Shown: positions 56,534 through 64,000 of the stretch, piece by piece
How the letters are laid out: the number at the start of each line of letters is the position of its first letter
How positions within the stretch are numbered: position 1 is the stretch's first letter
Virus record (IMG/VR): IMGVR_UViG_3300036780_000414
Location: 1 to 64,000 of that record
Strand: one strand, 5' to 3'
DNA from: a virus
DNA length: 64,000 bases
Translations under genes and position numbers: made by a program
Notes under the pieces: generated by a model
The model's database searches: none
What the model saw: only the letters and a program-made list of their open reading frames with translations
What the model was told of the DNA's origin: nothing

Positions 56534-56559
56534 ATTGTACCACCCACATGTGGGTGGTG
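56534..56559 (-). promoter_or_regulatory. Leftward promoter/operator unit with perfect 20-bp palindrome
   Basis: ACCACCCACATGTGGGTGGT (56539-56558) overlapping TACAAT -10. Confidence 0.8.
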
Positions 56560-56605
56560 GGGGATGTACGGCGAGGAGACTCAGGCATCACCCGCTGCTG
56601 CTTCG

Positions 56606-56809
56606 TCACGGCGGAAGCACCCGCACGCGCAGGTCACTGATGTGGCGGTACAGGCGGAACCGCTTGTACGCGACGACGCATGAGCCGTCCGCGCTGACCT
56701 CGCGCAGCTCACCGACGACGTACCGGGTGCCGTTCAGCTGCATCCACACCAGTTCGGTCAGGTAGCGCTTGTACTCCTCCGGGGTCATCCGGTACAGGTA
56801 GTTCGGCAT
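56606..56809 (-). CDS. Small hypothetical protein
   Basis: GAGAGAGGG SD. Confidence 0.6.
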   Translation of the reverse strand: MPNYLYRMTPEEYKRYLTELVWMQLNGTRYVVGELREVSADGSCVVAYKRFRLYRHISDLRVRVLPP

Positions 56810-56820
56810 GGTGCCCTCTC

Positions 56821-57312
56821 TCAGTTGGTGGTGCTGAACAGCAGGTCCGCCCCGGCGGGGTTGCTCGCGAGGCTCGGCCCCCACGCCATCTCCAGCGAGT
56901 GCCCCGACAGCTGGCACAGGCCGGGACCGCGCGGCCAGTCGTCGAACGTCACGCCGACGTACCGGCTGCCCGGTTCCCGCCAGGTCCGCTCGATCACCAG
57001 CCCGTATGCGTTGACCACCCACGCGTGGTGGACCCACAGGCCCAGCGGCGACAGCGCGAACCCTTCCGCGTAAGCGCACCCTTCCGGGTCGAACGCGGTC
57101 ACGCCGAGCACCGTGCGGGCGGCGTTGGTGAAGCACATGCGCGGTGTCATCAGCGGGCCGCCCCGGTACGGCCGGCCGTCCGGGTAGCGGGCCACCTCCC
57201 ACTCGTGGCCGCGCTCAGCGATCACGTCCCAGGCCCTGTACTCCGGCATCCGGCCGCGTGTGGCGTCTGCGCACCGCTGCGCGAACTCGCGGGCCTCCCT
57301 GGTGCTGGTCAT
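56821..57312 (-). CDS. Putative papain/transglutaminase-fold protein
   Basis: CFTNA, YAEGFA, HHAWV, VIERTW, YVGV. Confidence 0.55.
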   Translation of the reverse strand: MTSTREAREFAQRCADATRGRMPEYRAWDVIAERGHEWEVARYPDGRPYRGGPLMTPRMCFTNAARTVLGVTAFDPEGCAYAEGFALSPLGLWVHHAWVVNAYGLVIERTWREPGSRYVGVTFDDWPRGPGLCQLSGHSLEMAWGPSLASNPAGADLLFSTTN

Positions 57313-57323
57313 GCTGCCCTCTC

Positions 57324-57692
57324 TCAGGTTCCGGTGCTCGCGCGTGGCTCGGTAAAGTCGGTGACCGCGACGCTGACCCAGGCGTTCAGGGTGGCGTAAC
57401 CGCGCAGCTCGCGGCGCTTTCCCAGTGCCGGGGTGTAGGTGCCGCCGCCGTACCTGGTGGTCTTGCGGTGCCCGCCCTGGCCGTCCCAGGTCATGAAGCC
57501 GAAGTTGTAGCGCCCGTCGAACCACCGCCGGGCGGCGGTGACCCATACCCAGGTGCGCCCGTCGAGCATGACGCCGTCGCCGTTCGGGTAGTGCTCGGCG
57601 TCGTGGTGCTCGACGGTGACCTCAACCGTCCAGCCGGCCGCGCGCAGCTTGTCCGCGTACTTGCCGGCACGGGCCTCAGCCTGGGTGGTCAC
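57324..57692 (-). CDS. Hypothetical protein
   Basis: Coupled ORF. Confidence 0.6.
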   Translation of the reverse strand: MTTQAEARAGKYADKLRAAGWTVEVTVEHHDAEHYPNGDGVMLDGRTWVWVTAARRWFDGRYNFGFMTWDGQGGHRKTTRYGGGTYTPALGKRRELRGYATLNAWVSVAVTDFTEPRASTGT

Positions 57693-57877
57693 TGCTCGTC
57701 CTTCCGGGTGACGCTGGTGACGGTGTACGCGCCGCCCATGCCGTCTGCCCGCTTGCCTGCGGTGAACGGCGGCGGCAGGGTCGCGTCGGCGGACACCTGC
57801 TCGGTGACCTCGATCCCCTCCAGCACGCCGTGCAGCTGCTTGACGACCATGTAAGTGACCAGTGCAGTGGTGATCAT
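57689..57877 (-). CDS. Small hypothetical protein
   Basis: AAGGAGG SD; first gene after promoter at 57922. Confidence 0.62.
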   Translation of the reverse strand: MITTALVTYMVVKQLHGVLEGIEVTEQVSADATLPPPFTAGKRADGMGGAYTVTSVTRKDEQ

Positions 57878-57921
57878 CGCGGCCTCCTTCCCGACCCGGC
57901 CCTACCGGGTCTCACAGCACC

Positions 57922-57947
57922 AGTATACCACCCACATGTGAGGAGTA
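57922..57947 (-). promoter_or_regulatory. Leftward promoter/operator unit
   Basis: - strand TACTCCT-CACATGTG-GGTGG-TATACT. Confidence 0.8.
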
Positions 57948-57963
57948 GGGGATTCGCGGTCCG

Positions 57964-58296
57964 TCAGCAGGGCCTGCCGTGGATGTCGTAGCCGCGCGCG
58001 GTCTCCTCACGGCTCAGCTCGCGCGGCTGGCCGTGCATCCTCGCGTGCTCCTCCAGGCCCAGCTGCCAGGTGACCGGGGAGACCTGGCCGGGGCGTTCGA
58101 GGGTAAACCCGTCGTAGAAGCCGGCTTCCTCCCGTTCGGCCCCGGTCATCGTGTCGAACTCCGGGTACAGCGGGGCGGGCGGGGTCGCGTGGTAGCGGTC
58201 ACGCTGCGCGTCGCGGTAGCGGTCGCGTGCGTAGCTGTCGCGCCACTCGTCCATCTGCCGGGCCAGCTCGCCCGGCTGCGGGAACCAGGTGAACAT
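57964..58296 (-). CDS. Hypothetical protein
   Basis: AAGGAGG SD. Confidence 0.6.
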   Translation of the reverse strand: MFTWFPQPGELARQMDEWRDSYARDRYRDAQRDRYHATPPAPLYPEFDTMTGAEREEAGFYDGFTLERPGQVSPVTWQLGLEEHARMHGQPRELSREETARGYDIHGRPC

Positions 58297-58595
58297 CAGG
58301 GTGCCTCCTTGCCGCTGACGTAGCTTGTCACCGCGTCGCGGGCCTCGGCGGGGACCGGCACCGGCTTGCCGCCGAAGGTCTCGGCGCGCAGGAAGCCGTC
58401 CTCGCTGCGGTGCACGTACATGATCCCGTGGACGGGCACGTTCACCACCCGGTACAGCACGCCCGCGCCGACCTGCTGGTACTCGGCCACGTACGCGGGC
58501 TGCGCCTCGGCGTTGGCCGCGTCGGTCCGGTCGTGGCAGTAGCAGCGCAGGCCGCCGTGCCACGACAGCCGGTAGACATGCCCTGGGACGGTCAT
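58296..58595 (-). CDS. Hypothetical protein
   Basis: AAGGGAG SD. Confidence 0.6.
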   Translation of the reverse strand: MTVPGHVYRLSWHGGLRCYCHDRTDAANAEAQPAYVAEYQQVGAGVLYRVVNVPVHGIMYVHRSEDGFLRAETFGGKPVPVPAEARDAVTSYVSGKEAP

Positions 58596-58885
58596 GAGGT
58601 CAGCTCCCTTTCCAGTGCGGCCACGGCCTGCCCGGCGGTGGGGTAGGTCTGCGGCTCCGTGCTGCTGGCAGACTGCCAGTCCCACACGTCTTCCGGTTGC
58701 CAGCTCACGATGTCACCGAGCCAGGCGGCCTGGAGGGCTTCCGGGCTGCTCGCGTCAACGTCGGTGCCGGCCCGGTAGACCTCCCAGCGCGTCGCGCCGT
58801 TGCGGCCTCCGGCGACCCTGCGGGCCACGACCCCATCAGGCAGGGGCACCTTGAATGCTGTCACGCTGCTCAGCCTCTCTTTCAT
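58592..58885 (-). CDS. Hypothetical protein
   Basis: ATGA-coupled. Confidence 0.55.
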   Translation of the reverse strand: MKERLSSVTAFKVPLPDGVVARRVAGGRNGATRWEVYRAGTDVDASSPEALQAAWLGDIVSWQPEDVWDWQSASSTEPQTYPTAGQAVAALERELTS

Positions 58886-59145
58886 GCCATCGCCGGCGCG
58901 AACGCCCAGCTCACCTTGTTTGACCGGGCCAGGTTGCAGCGCCGGCACGCCGGCTGGACGTTGTCGCGCCGGTACGACCCGCCGGGGACGATCCGGTCGG
59001 CCTCGACGGTGGCGAAGGTCAGCGGGCACCCGCAGTGGACGCACGGGCAGCTGGCGCCGTTGCCCCAGGTTGCCAGCATCCACGTCTTGCGGGCTCGCCG
59101 GTCTGCTGCGTTTCCGCGTTTCTCGCCGCCTGGCCTCGCGCTCAC
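58882..59145 (-). CDS. HNH endonuclease (small)
   Basis: CVHCG..L...TVEADRIVPGGSY..DNVQPAC..CN..R. Confidence 0.8.
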   Translation of the reverse strand: MSARPGGEKRGNAADRRARKTWMLATWGNGASCPCVHCGCPLTFATVEADRIVPGGSYRRDNVQPACRRCNLARSNKVSWAFAPAMA

Positions 59146-59176
59146 GGGTGCCTCGCCCTCTCGCTGCTCACACCTT

Positions 59177-59202
59177 ATTGTACCACACACATGTGGGTAG
59201 TA
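59177..59202 (-). promoter_or_regulatory. Leftward promoter/operator unit
   Basis: - strand TACTACC-CACATGTG-TGTGG-TACAAT. Confidence 0.8.
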
Positions 59203-59398
59203 GGGGGTGGTCAGGCGGTCAGGTTCTGCCGCCGCCGCAGCTCACGCTGCCTGCACGCGAGCGCGGTGTCTTCCCTGGTGTGCCGGTGCGGGCACTGCCA
59301 GCCGGGCAGCGTCGCCGCCCACGCCGGCCGCCGCCTGCGTGACCGCCATATCGTGTCGCTGAGCGTGAGCGGCCCCCAGCCCAGGTGCCAGCCGAGTC

Positions 59399-59620
59399 TC
59401 ATGCCGGCTCCCCGGTGGCCGTGACCAGCAGGGTCCGGGTGGTGCCGGCGCTGGTTACCTCGCGGGTGTAGGTGACCGCGTACGTGCGGGCGGCGTGGGT
59501 ACCGTGGCTGACGGCCCTGTCGACGGCGCGCTTGGCGGTGCCGACGCTGACGCCGAAGGTGTCGCGTATGTGGCTGACGGCGGCGTTCTCCTCGCGTACC
59601 GCGTCGAATGCCCTGCTCAT
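59399..59620 (-). CDS. Small hypothetical protein
   Basis: ATGA-coupled. Confidence 0.55.
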   Translation of the reverse strand: MSRAFDAVREENAAVSHIRDTFGVSVGTAKRAVDRAVSHGTHAARTYAVTYTREVTSAGTTRTLLVTATGEPA

Positions 59621-59985
59621 GACTGCCCACCCTCTGACCTCACGGTGACGACCACGCTGCCGCCTGCGATGTGCCCGGCGGTCTTCCAGGTGTTGATCTC
59701 GGCGACGCGCTTCGCGTACCGCTTGATCAGGGTCTGGCCGGTTATCCTCTCGGCGCTGGCGGCGTTCATGCTGACCGCTATGTCGTTCCAGGTGTAGCCC
59801 TTGGCCCGCAGGGCGGCCATGACGCGCACCGCTGCCTGCTCCATCTCGGCGGCGAGGTCGAACATGTCGGTCATCATCCACGGGTCCTCTTCGACGGCCC
59901 GCTTCTCGGCCGACTTGACTTGCCGGCGCAGGCCGCTGACGACCTCTTCGGGTGTCTTGGGGGCTCGCTCGCGGGTGGTGGCCAT
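59617..59985 (-). CDS. HTH-like DNA-binding protein, candidate regulator
   Basis: AAGGAG SD; LRAKGYTWNDIA......ITGQTLIKRY pattern. Confidence 0.62.
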   Translation of the reverse strand: MATTRERAPKTPEEVVSGLRRQVKSAEKRAVEEDPWMMTDMFDLAAEMEQAAVRVMAALRAKGYTWNDIAVSMNAASAERITGQTLIKRYAKRVAEINTWKTAGHIAGGSVVVTVRSEGGQS

Positions 59986-60036
59986 GATCCTCGCTCCTTG
60001 GGGTCTTACTACCAACCTGTACGCTCTAAGTGTACC

Positions 60037-60062
60037 AGGATACCACCCACATGTGTGGGGTA
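60037..60062 (-). promoter_or_regulatory. Rightmost leftward promoter/operator unit
   Basis: - strand TACCCCA-CACATGTG-GGTGG-TATCCT; next to TAAATATTTA palindrome at 60068-60077. Confidence 0.75.
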
Positions 60063-60512
60063 GGTAGTAAATATTTAGCACCGGGAAAGCCCAGGGAGAA
60101 CTCCGCGGAAAGGAGGCGGAAATCGACGTGGCCGGACGAAAACGCGCCAGGGGGTAAACGGTACCCGGAAGGGCTCACGGAAGGGCTCAGGCGGCCCTGG
60201 GAGACACCACGCCGGCCGGTCCCGAATACAGGGTCAAACCCGTTAGCCGGCGGTAAGGTAACCCCACAAAGTCAAAGGGCCGCGCCCGCGCCCGAAGGCG
60301 AGTGCGCGGCCCCTGTGAACCCTTAGCAGCGGACCAACGCTACTTCGGACCCTACGACCACATATGGATCCGGGTGCTCGACTACCCGGTTCCCCTACTA
60401 CCAGCCACCAGAAGGCAGGCAACATGTCCAATGTAGCAGCCCGCGCTCACATTCAGGCGTGCGACACGACCGCAGCCGGTTACATGATGCGTCAGGGGCC
60501 GGTGAGCGCAGC

Positions 60513-60794
60513 ATGACGACTCTGCGCGTGCACCCGGACTACGCGGACCCTGACTACAGCCTGGAGCTTGACCGGAACCCGGGGCTTCCCCGGCAGCTGG
60601 TCTCAGACCGGGCGCTGACCCTCACCGAGTACCGGCTGGCCTACTACGTCTTCTCGCACCAGGCGACCCCGCCGCTGCCGACAGCCGCGCAGATCGCCGC
60701 GCGCTGGTGGGTGAGCGTCACCGAGGCCGAGGCGCAGGCGGCACTCGACAAGCTGGCAGCGCGCGGCTACCTGGTCGCAGGTGAGCAGCGGTGA
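60513..60794 (+). CDS. Small HTH/wHTH protein
   Basis: LVSDRALT...RL...S, TAAQIA...ALDKLAARGYL. Confidence 0.62.
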   Translation: MTTLRVHPDYADPDYSLELDRNPGLPRQLVSDRALTLTEYRLAYYVFSHQATPPLPTAAQIAARWWVSVTEAEAQAALDKLAARGYLVAGEQR

Positions 60795-61681
60795 GCGGCG
60801 ACGGGGCCACCTACACGCGCAAGCGGTACCACCACGGCGGCGGTTTCGTGCACGCCACCAATGACTTCGCCCGCAACGTCCCCAGCACCGACGCCGTTGC
60901 CATCTGGCTACGGCTGTACTCCCACCAGGACGGCTGGGAGTTCACCGTCAAGAGCATCGCTGCCGAGTGGAACATCAGCTTCAAGCGCGCCGAGACGGCG
61001 ATCAGGCTGCTGCGCGACCTGGGCTACTGCCACTTCTGCCGCGTCAGCCTGGGGCGCGGCAAGTTCGAGAGCTGGTACGACCTGACCGACGTGCCGGTCA
61101 TGGCCTGCGGCGAGCAGCAGTGCGTGGACTGCGCGGCCCGGAGTTCATCGGTATCGGGTAGTCAAAAACAACCACCCGATACGACCTGCGACGATACCCC
61201 TGTTTCCGCAGGTCGTATCGGGTGGTCGGATTACGGGGTCCGTAAAACAACCACCCAAGTAGAAGAACATCTACTAGAAGACCAAGAAGACAAAGACCTT
61301 AAAACCTTTGCGCAAGCAGGCTCGCGCGAGCCTGAGTCTGATGCCCTGTTCCTGGTGCCTGAGCAGCCCAAGCCAGCAGCTGGCCGAGCCCGCAAGCCCG
61401 GTGACCTGACTGCGTTCGATGAGTTCTGGCGGGCGTACCCGCGCAAGAAAGGCGGGAAGGCGGGCGCCCAGAGGAAGTTCCTCGCCGCGCTGAGGCAGGC
61501 CAGCGCCGAGACGATCATCGCGGCGGCGGCGGCGTTCGCTGACCGGTGCGAGCGGGCGAGGACCGAGGAGCAGTTCATCCCGTACCCGTCAACCTGGCTG
61601 CACCAGGGGCGGTGGACGGACGAGCACGCGGAGGAGGAACCGGAGGCAGCCGCCGCCGCATTTACGTCGTTCGATATCTGA
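60791..61681 (+). CDS. Replication initiator protein
   Basis: N-terminal wHTH (SHQDGWEF..., AIRLLRDLGY); C-terminal FDEFW.AYPRK.G.K...FIPYPSTWL.Q.RW; precedes helicase. Confidence 0.8.
   Translation: MSGDGATYTRKRYHHGGGFVHATNDFARNVPSTDAVAIWLRLYSHQDGWEFTVKSIAAEWNISFKRAETAIRLLRDLGYCHFCRVSLGRGKFESWYDLTDVPVMACGEQQCVDCAARSSSVSGSQKQPPDTTCDDTPVSAGRIGWSDYGVRKTTTQVEEHLLEDQEDKDLKTFAQAGSREPESDALFLVPEQPKPAAGRARKPGDLTAFDEFWRAYPRKKGGKAGAQRKFLAALRQASAETIIAAAAAFADRCERARTEEQFIPYPSTWLHQGRWTDEHAEEEPEAAAAAFTSFDI
61164..61305. other. Candidate replication origin inside initiator gene
   Basis: 20-bp perfect inverted repeat 61171-61190/61207-61226, AAAACAACCACCC twice, A-rich tract. Confidence 0.6.
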
Positions 61682-61697
61682 GAGAGGGAGAAAGACG

Positions 61698-63029
61698 ATG
61701 CAGGACGATTACGAGCTACCCAGCGACATCGACGCGGAACGGTACCTGCTGGCATCGATGATGCAGAGCAGGGAAGCGATAGCCGCAGCAGCGGAGTACC
61801 TGGACCCCGGTGACTTCTACCGGGCGGCGCACCAGGTGATGTTCCGGGCGATGGTGTTCATGTTCGCGGCCGACGAGCGAACCGACCCGGTGACGCTGCG
61901 CGCGTGGATCACTGGCGACGGCGACATGAAGGTGTTCGGCCAGCAGGGCGCGGTCTACATCGCGGAGCTGTACGGGCTCCCGGCCAACCCCATCTCGGCG
62001 GTGCACTACGCGCGGCTGGTGCGCGCCGCAGCGCTGCGCCGCCGTGGCATCGAGCAGGCGCTGAAGTTCCGGCAGGCGCTGATGATCGAGTCCAACGACC
62101 CGGATGAGATCCTGTCCCGCTATGACGCGCAGCTGGAGGCCGCCCGGCAGATCGCCGCGCCGCAGCAGCTCGCCGTGCTCGACTACGCCGCCGTCACCGA
62201 GCGCGTCCACAAGGAGCACGCCCCCGTCGTGCCCGGCCTGATCGGCGAGCAGGACCGCGTAGTCGTCGTGGCTGAGGAAGGCGTCGGCAAGACAACCCTC
62301 GCGCACCAGGTCGCGTTCTGCGCCGCCGCCGGCATTCACCCGTTCCAGTGGGGCACCCGGACCATCCCGAAGCGCGTGCTGATAGCCGACTTCGAGAATC
62401 CCGCGCTGGAGCTCGGCTCGCGGTTCTCGAAGCTGGGCGAGGCGGCGGCCCGCTACCCCGGCTGGGATGAGGGGAATGTCCGGTTCTACCTGCGGATGGG
62501 CGGCATCAACCTGCTGCGCGCGCAGGACGCGTTCGAGTTCATGGACGCCATCCGCCGGTTCGAGCCGCACCTGGTGGTCGCCGGGCCGATCTACAAGATG
62601 ATCACCGGGATCAAGCAGAGCGACGACGGGCTCCGCGCCCATGCGGCCGTCGCCGCGTTCTTCGACAAGGTGCGGGAACGGTACGGGTCGGCCGTCTGGC
62701 TGGAAGCGCACGCACCGTACGGGTCAGGCGGCCACCAGCGGGAGCTGCGGCCGGAAGGCTGGAACGGGTGGGCGAAGTGGCCTGAGTTCGGCCTGGCGCT
62801 CCACAAGGCGACGAAGGCGCACGGCGGCGACCAGGGCGCGGTGGAAGTCAGGCGGTTCCGCGGGGACCGGATCGCGTCCCGCCCGTGGCCGTCGTGGATG
62901 ACCCGCAACCTGATGTTCCCGAGCAGCGGGTTCCCGTGGACCGGCTGCTGGGCGAAAGGCGTACTCGATACCCCGCTGGACCTGCGTGCCGAGGACAACG
63001 GGTACGAGGACAAGCGCTATGGCGACTGA
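61698..63029 (+). CDS. Replicative helicase: DnaB N-terminal domain + RecA-fold (AAA_25-like) domain
   Basis: P.DIDAER.LL, L.PGDFYR.AHQ, AEEGVGKT Walker A, DFEN, GP.YKM. Confidence 0.83.
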   Translation: MQDDYELPSDIDAERYLLASMMQSREAIAAAAEYLDPGDFYRAAHQVMFRAMVFMFAADERTDPVTLRAWITGDGDMKVFGQQGAVYIAELYGLPANPISAVHYARLVRAAALRRRGIEQALKFRQALMIESNDPDEILSRYDAQLEAARQIAAPQQLAVLDYAAVTERVHKEHAPVVPGLIGEQDRVVVVAEEGVGKTTLAHQVAFCAAAGIHPFQWGTRTIPKRVLIADFENPALELGSRFSKLGEAAARYPGWDEGNVRFYLRMGGINLLRAQDAFEFMDAIRRFEPHLVVAGPIYKMITGIKQSDDGLRAHAAVAAFFDKVRERYGSAVWLEAHAPYGSGGHQRELRPEGWNGWAKWPEFGLALHKATKAHGGDQGAVEVRRFRGDRIASRPWPSWMTRNLMFPSSGFPWTGCWAKGVLDTPLDLRAEDNGYEDKRYGD

Positions 63030-63627
63030 CCTGTTGCGGGTGCTGGGCTTCGACCAGTCGCTCACGTCGTTCGGCGTCGCCGCGATCTACGGCGCGGAAG
63101 CGGAGGCGTGGCGGCTGCGGTACCCGCCCAGGAAGCCAGCGTACGACGTGCGCGCCTACCAGCATGAGCGCCTGGCGTACCTGGAAGACGGCGTGCGCAG
63201 CGCGGCCAGCGGCGCTCACGTCGCCGCGCTGGAGGACGTGACGTACGCGGCTAAGGGTGACGCGCTGACCGACCTGGCGGGCCTGTTCTGGATGGTGCGC
63301 CACGTCCTGTGGGAGATGCACGTCCCGTACGCCGTGGTCAACAGCAGCCACCGCCGCAAGTGGATCACCGGCCGTGGCGACGCGCCCAAGGACGAGGTGC
63401 TGGCGGCGGTGATCAAGCGGTTCCCTCGCGTCAACGTGTGCGGCAACGACGAGGCTGACGCGCTGGTGCTGGCCGCCATGACCGCCGACCGCTACGGCTG
63501 CCCGATCGTGCAGATGCCCGCCGACCGGGCGGCCATCCTGAACGGCGTGCACACGACCAAGCCGAAGCGCGGCCAGCCGCTGATCGACTGGCCACAGCTG
63601 CGGGAGACGGTAAGACGGACACCATGA
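63019..63627 (+). CDS. ruvC: RuvC-like Holliday junction resolvase
   Basis: VLGFDQSLTSFG, ALE, KWITGRG.A.K..V, NDEADALVLA. Confidence 0.85.
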   Translation: MATDLLRVLGFDQSLTSFGVAAIYGAEAEAWRLRYPPRKPAYDVRAYQHERLAYLEDGVRSAASGAHVAALEDVTYAAKGDALTDLAGLFWMVRHVLWEMHVPYAVVNSSHRRKWITGRGDAPKDEVLAAVIKRFPRVNVCGNDEADALVLAAMTADRYGCPIVQMPADRAAILNGVHTTKPKRGQPLIDWPQLRETVRRTP

Positions 63628-64000
63628 GTAGTCTGTTTCCCGAGCCCGTCGCGGAGCCTGGCGCCGGCCAGGCGCCCAGCAGGTTCAGTAACAGGCTGCG
63701 GTACCGCCGGGAAGATCACCCGAACCAGTGCCAGATCACCCCGGAGTACGTACTGATCCCCGTCCGGGCGGCGCTCGGCGGGATCATCGGCCTCGACCCG
63801 TGCACCACGCCAGACAACCCCGTGGGGGCTGAGCGGTTCTTCTGCCCGCCCGCTGACGGTGCCGCTCTCCCCTGGGACTCGGGCAGCATCTTCGTTAATC
63901 CGCCGTACGGCAAGGCCCGCGAGCGGTGGGTTAGGAAGTGCCTTACGGCGGGGTTCGCCGGCAGCACGGTCATCTTGCTGATCCCCGCCGCGACGGACAC
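63624..64000 (+). CDS. Phage N6-adenine DNA methyltransferase (3' truncated), not in ORF track
   Basis: Translated by hand: ITPEYV...LDPCT...PW...IFVNPPYG...W..K...ILLIPAATD. Confidence 0.85.
   Translation, partial: MSSLFPEPVAEPGAGQAPSRFSNRLRYRREDHPNQCQITPEYVLIPVRAALGGIIGLDPCTTPDNPVGAERFFCPPADGAALPWDSGSIFVNPPYGKARERWVRKCLTAGFAGSTVILLIPAATD

Larger units (their letters stand above)
1..64000. mobile_element. Siphovirus-like actinobacteriophage genome segment (phage or prophage; lifestyle not determinable here)
   Basis: Canonical head-neck-tail-lysis gene order, long tape measure, phage recombination and replication genes, no host housekeeping genes. Confidence 0.95.

Noticed and set aside
23794-59797. 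Numerous + strand ORFs in the leftward arm other than 37293-38063
   Set aside because: They overlap tightly packed, SD-bearing - strand genes and lack recognisable motifs
31285-60062. CACATGTG repeats as a CRISPR array or integron attC sites
   Set aside because: Copies are dispersed 0.9-9 kb apart with genes between them and overlap -10 boxes; no cas or integrase gene is present
22961-60512. Integrase, attP, classical immunity repressor or tRNA genes
   Set aside because: No recombinase motifs or tRNA cloverleaf recognised; lifestyle cannot be called from this window

Overview
High-GC (roughly 70% by eye) long-tailed dsDNA phage genome segment, most likely infecting an actinomycete. The + strand virion and lysis module (1-22960) runs from the terminase end through a portal-MuF fusion, a ParB/zeta-toxin-like gene with a small acidic partner, protease-scaffold, capsid, neck, tail, tape measure, minor tail proteins, a GH25 endolysin and a holin. 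A ~37 kb - strand accessory/early arm (23050-59985) holds dozens of small genes plus RecE/RecT, a HerA-like ATPase, HNH nucleases, a YraN-like protein, a DUF2637 membrane protein and papain-fold proteins, interrupted by one + strand secreted ricin-lectin gene. A + strand replication module (60513-64000) encodes an initiator with an internal origin-like inverted repeat, a DnaB-N/AAA helicase, RuvC and a truncated adenine methyltransferase. No integrase, tRNA or CRISPR array was seen. Best leads: (1) the DUF2637 gene is studded with ~21 exact TGCGAC/GTCGCA sites in both orientations and several frames, suggesting a self-binding membrane-tether or centromere-like system; (2) a 22-bp dyad TAC-N4-CACATGTG-N4-GTA overlaps extended -10 boxes at 9 or more operon heads; (3) a ~200-270 nt structured ncRNA candidate lies at 38.1-38.35 kb; (4) a ParB+zeta toxin with a putative immunity gene sits in the head module; (5) several tandem paralogous micro-gene pairs, one missed by the ORF track. 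All family assignments come from motif recognition by eye, not from database searches.
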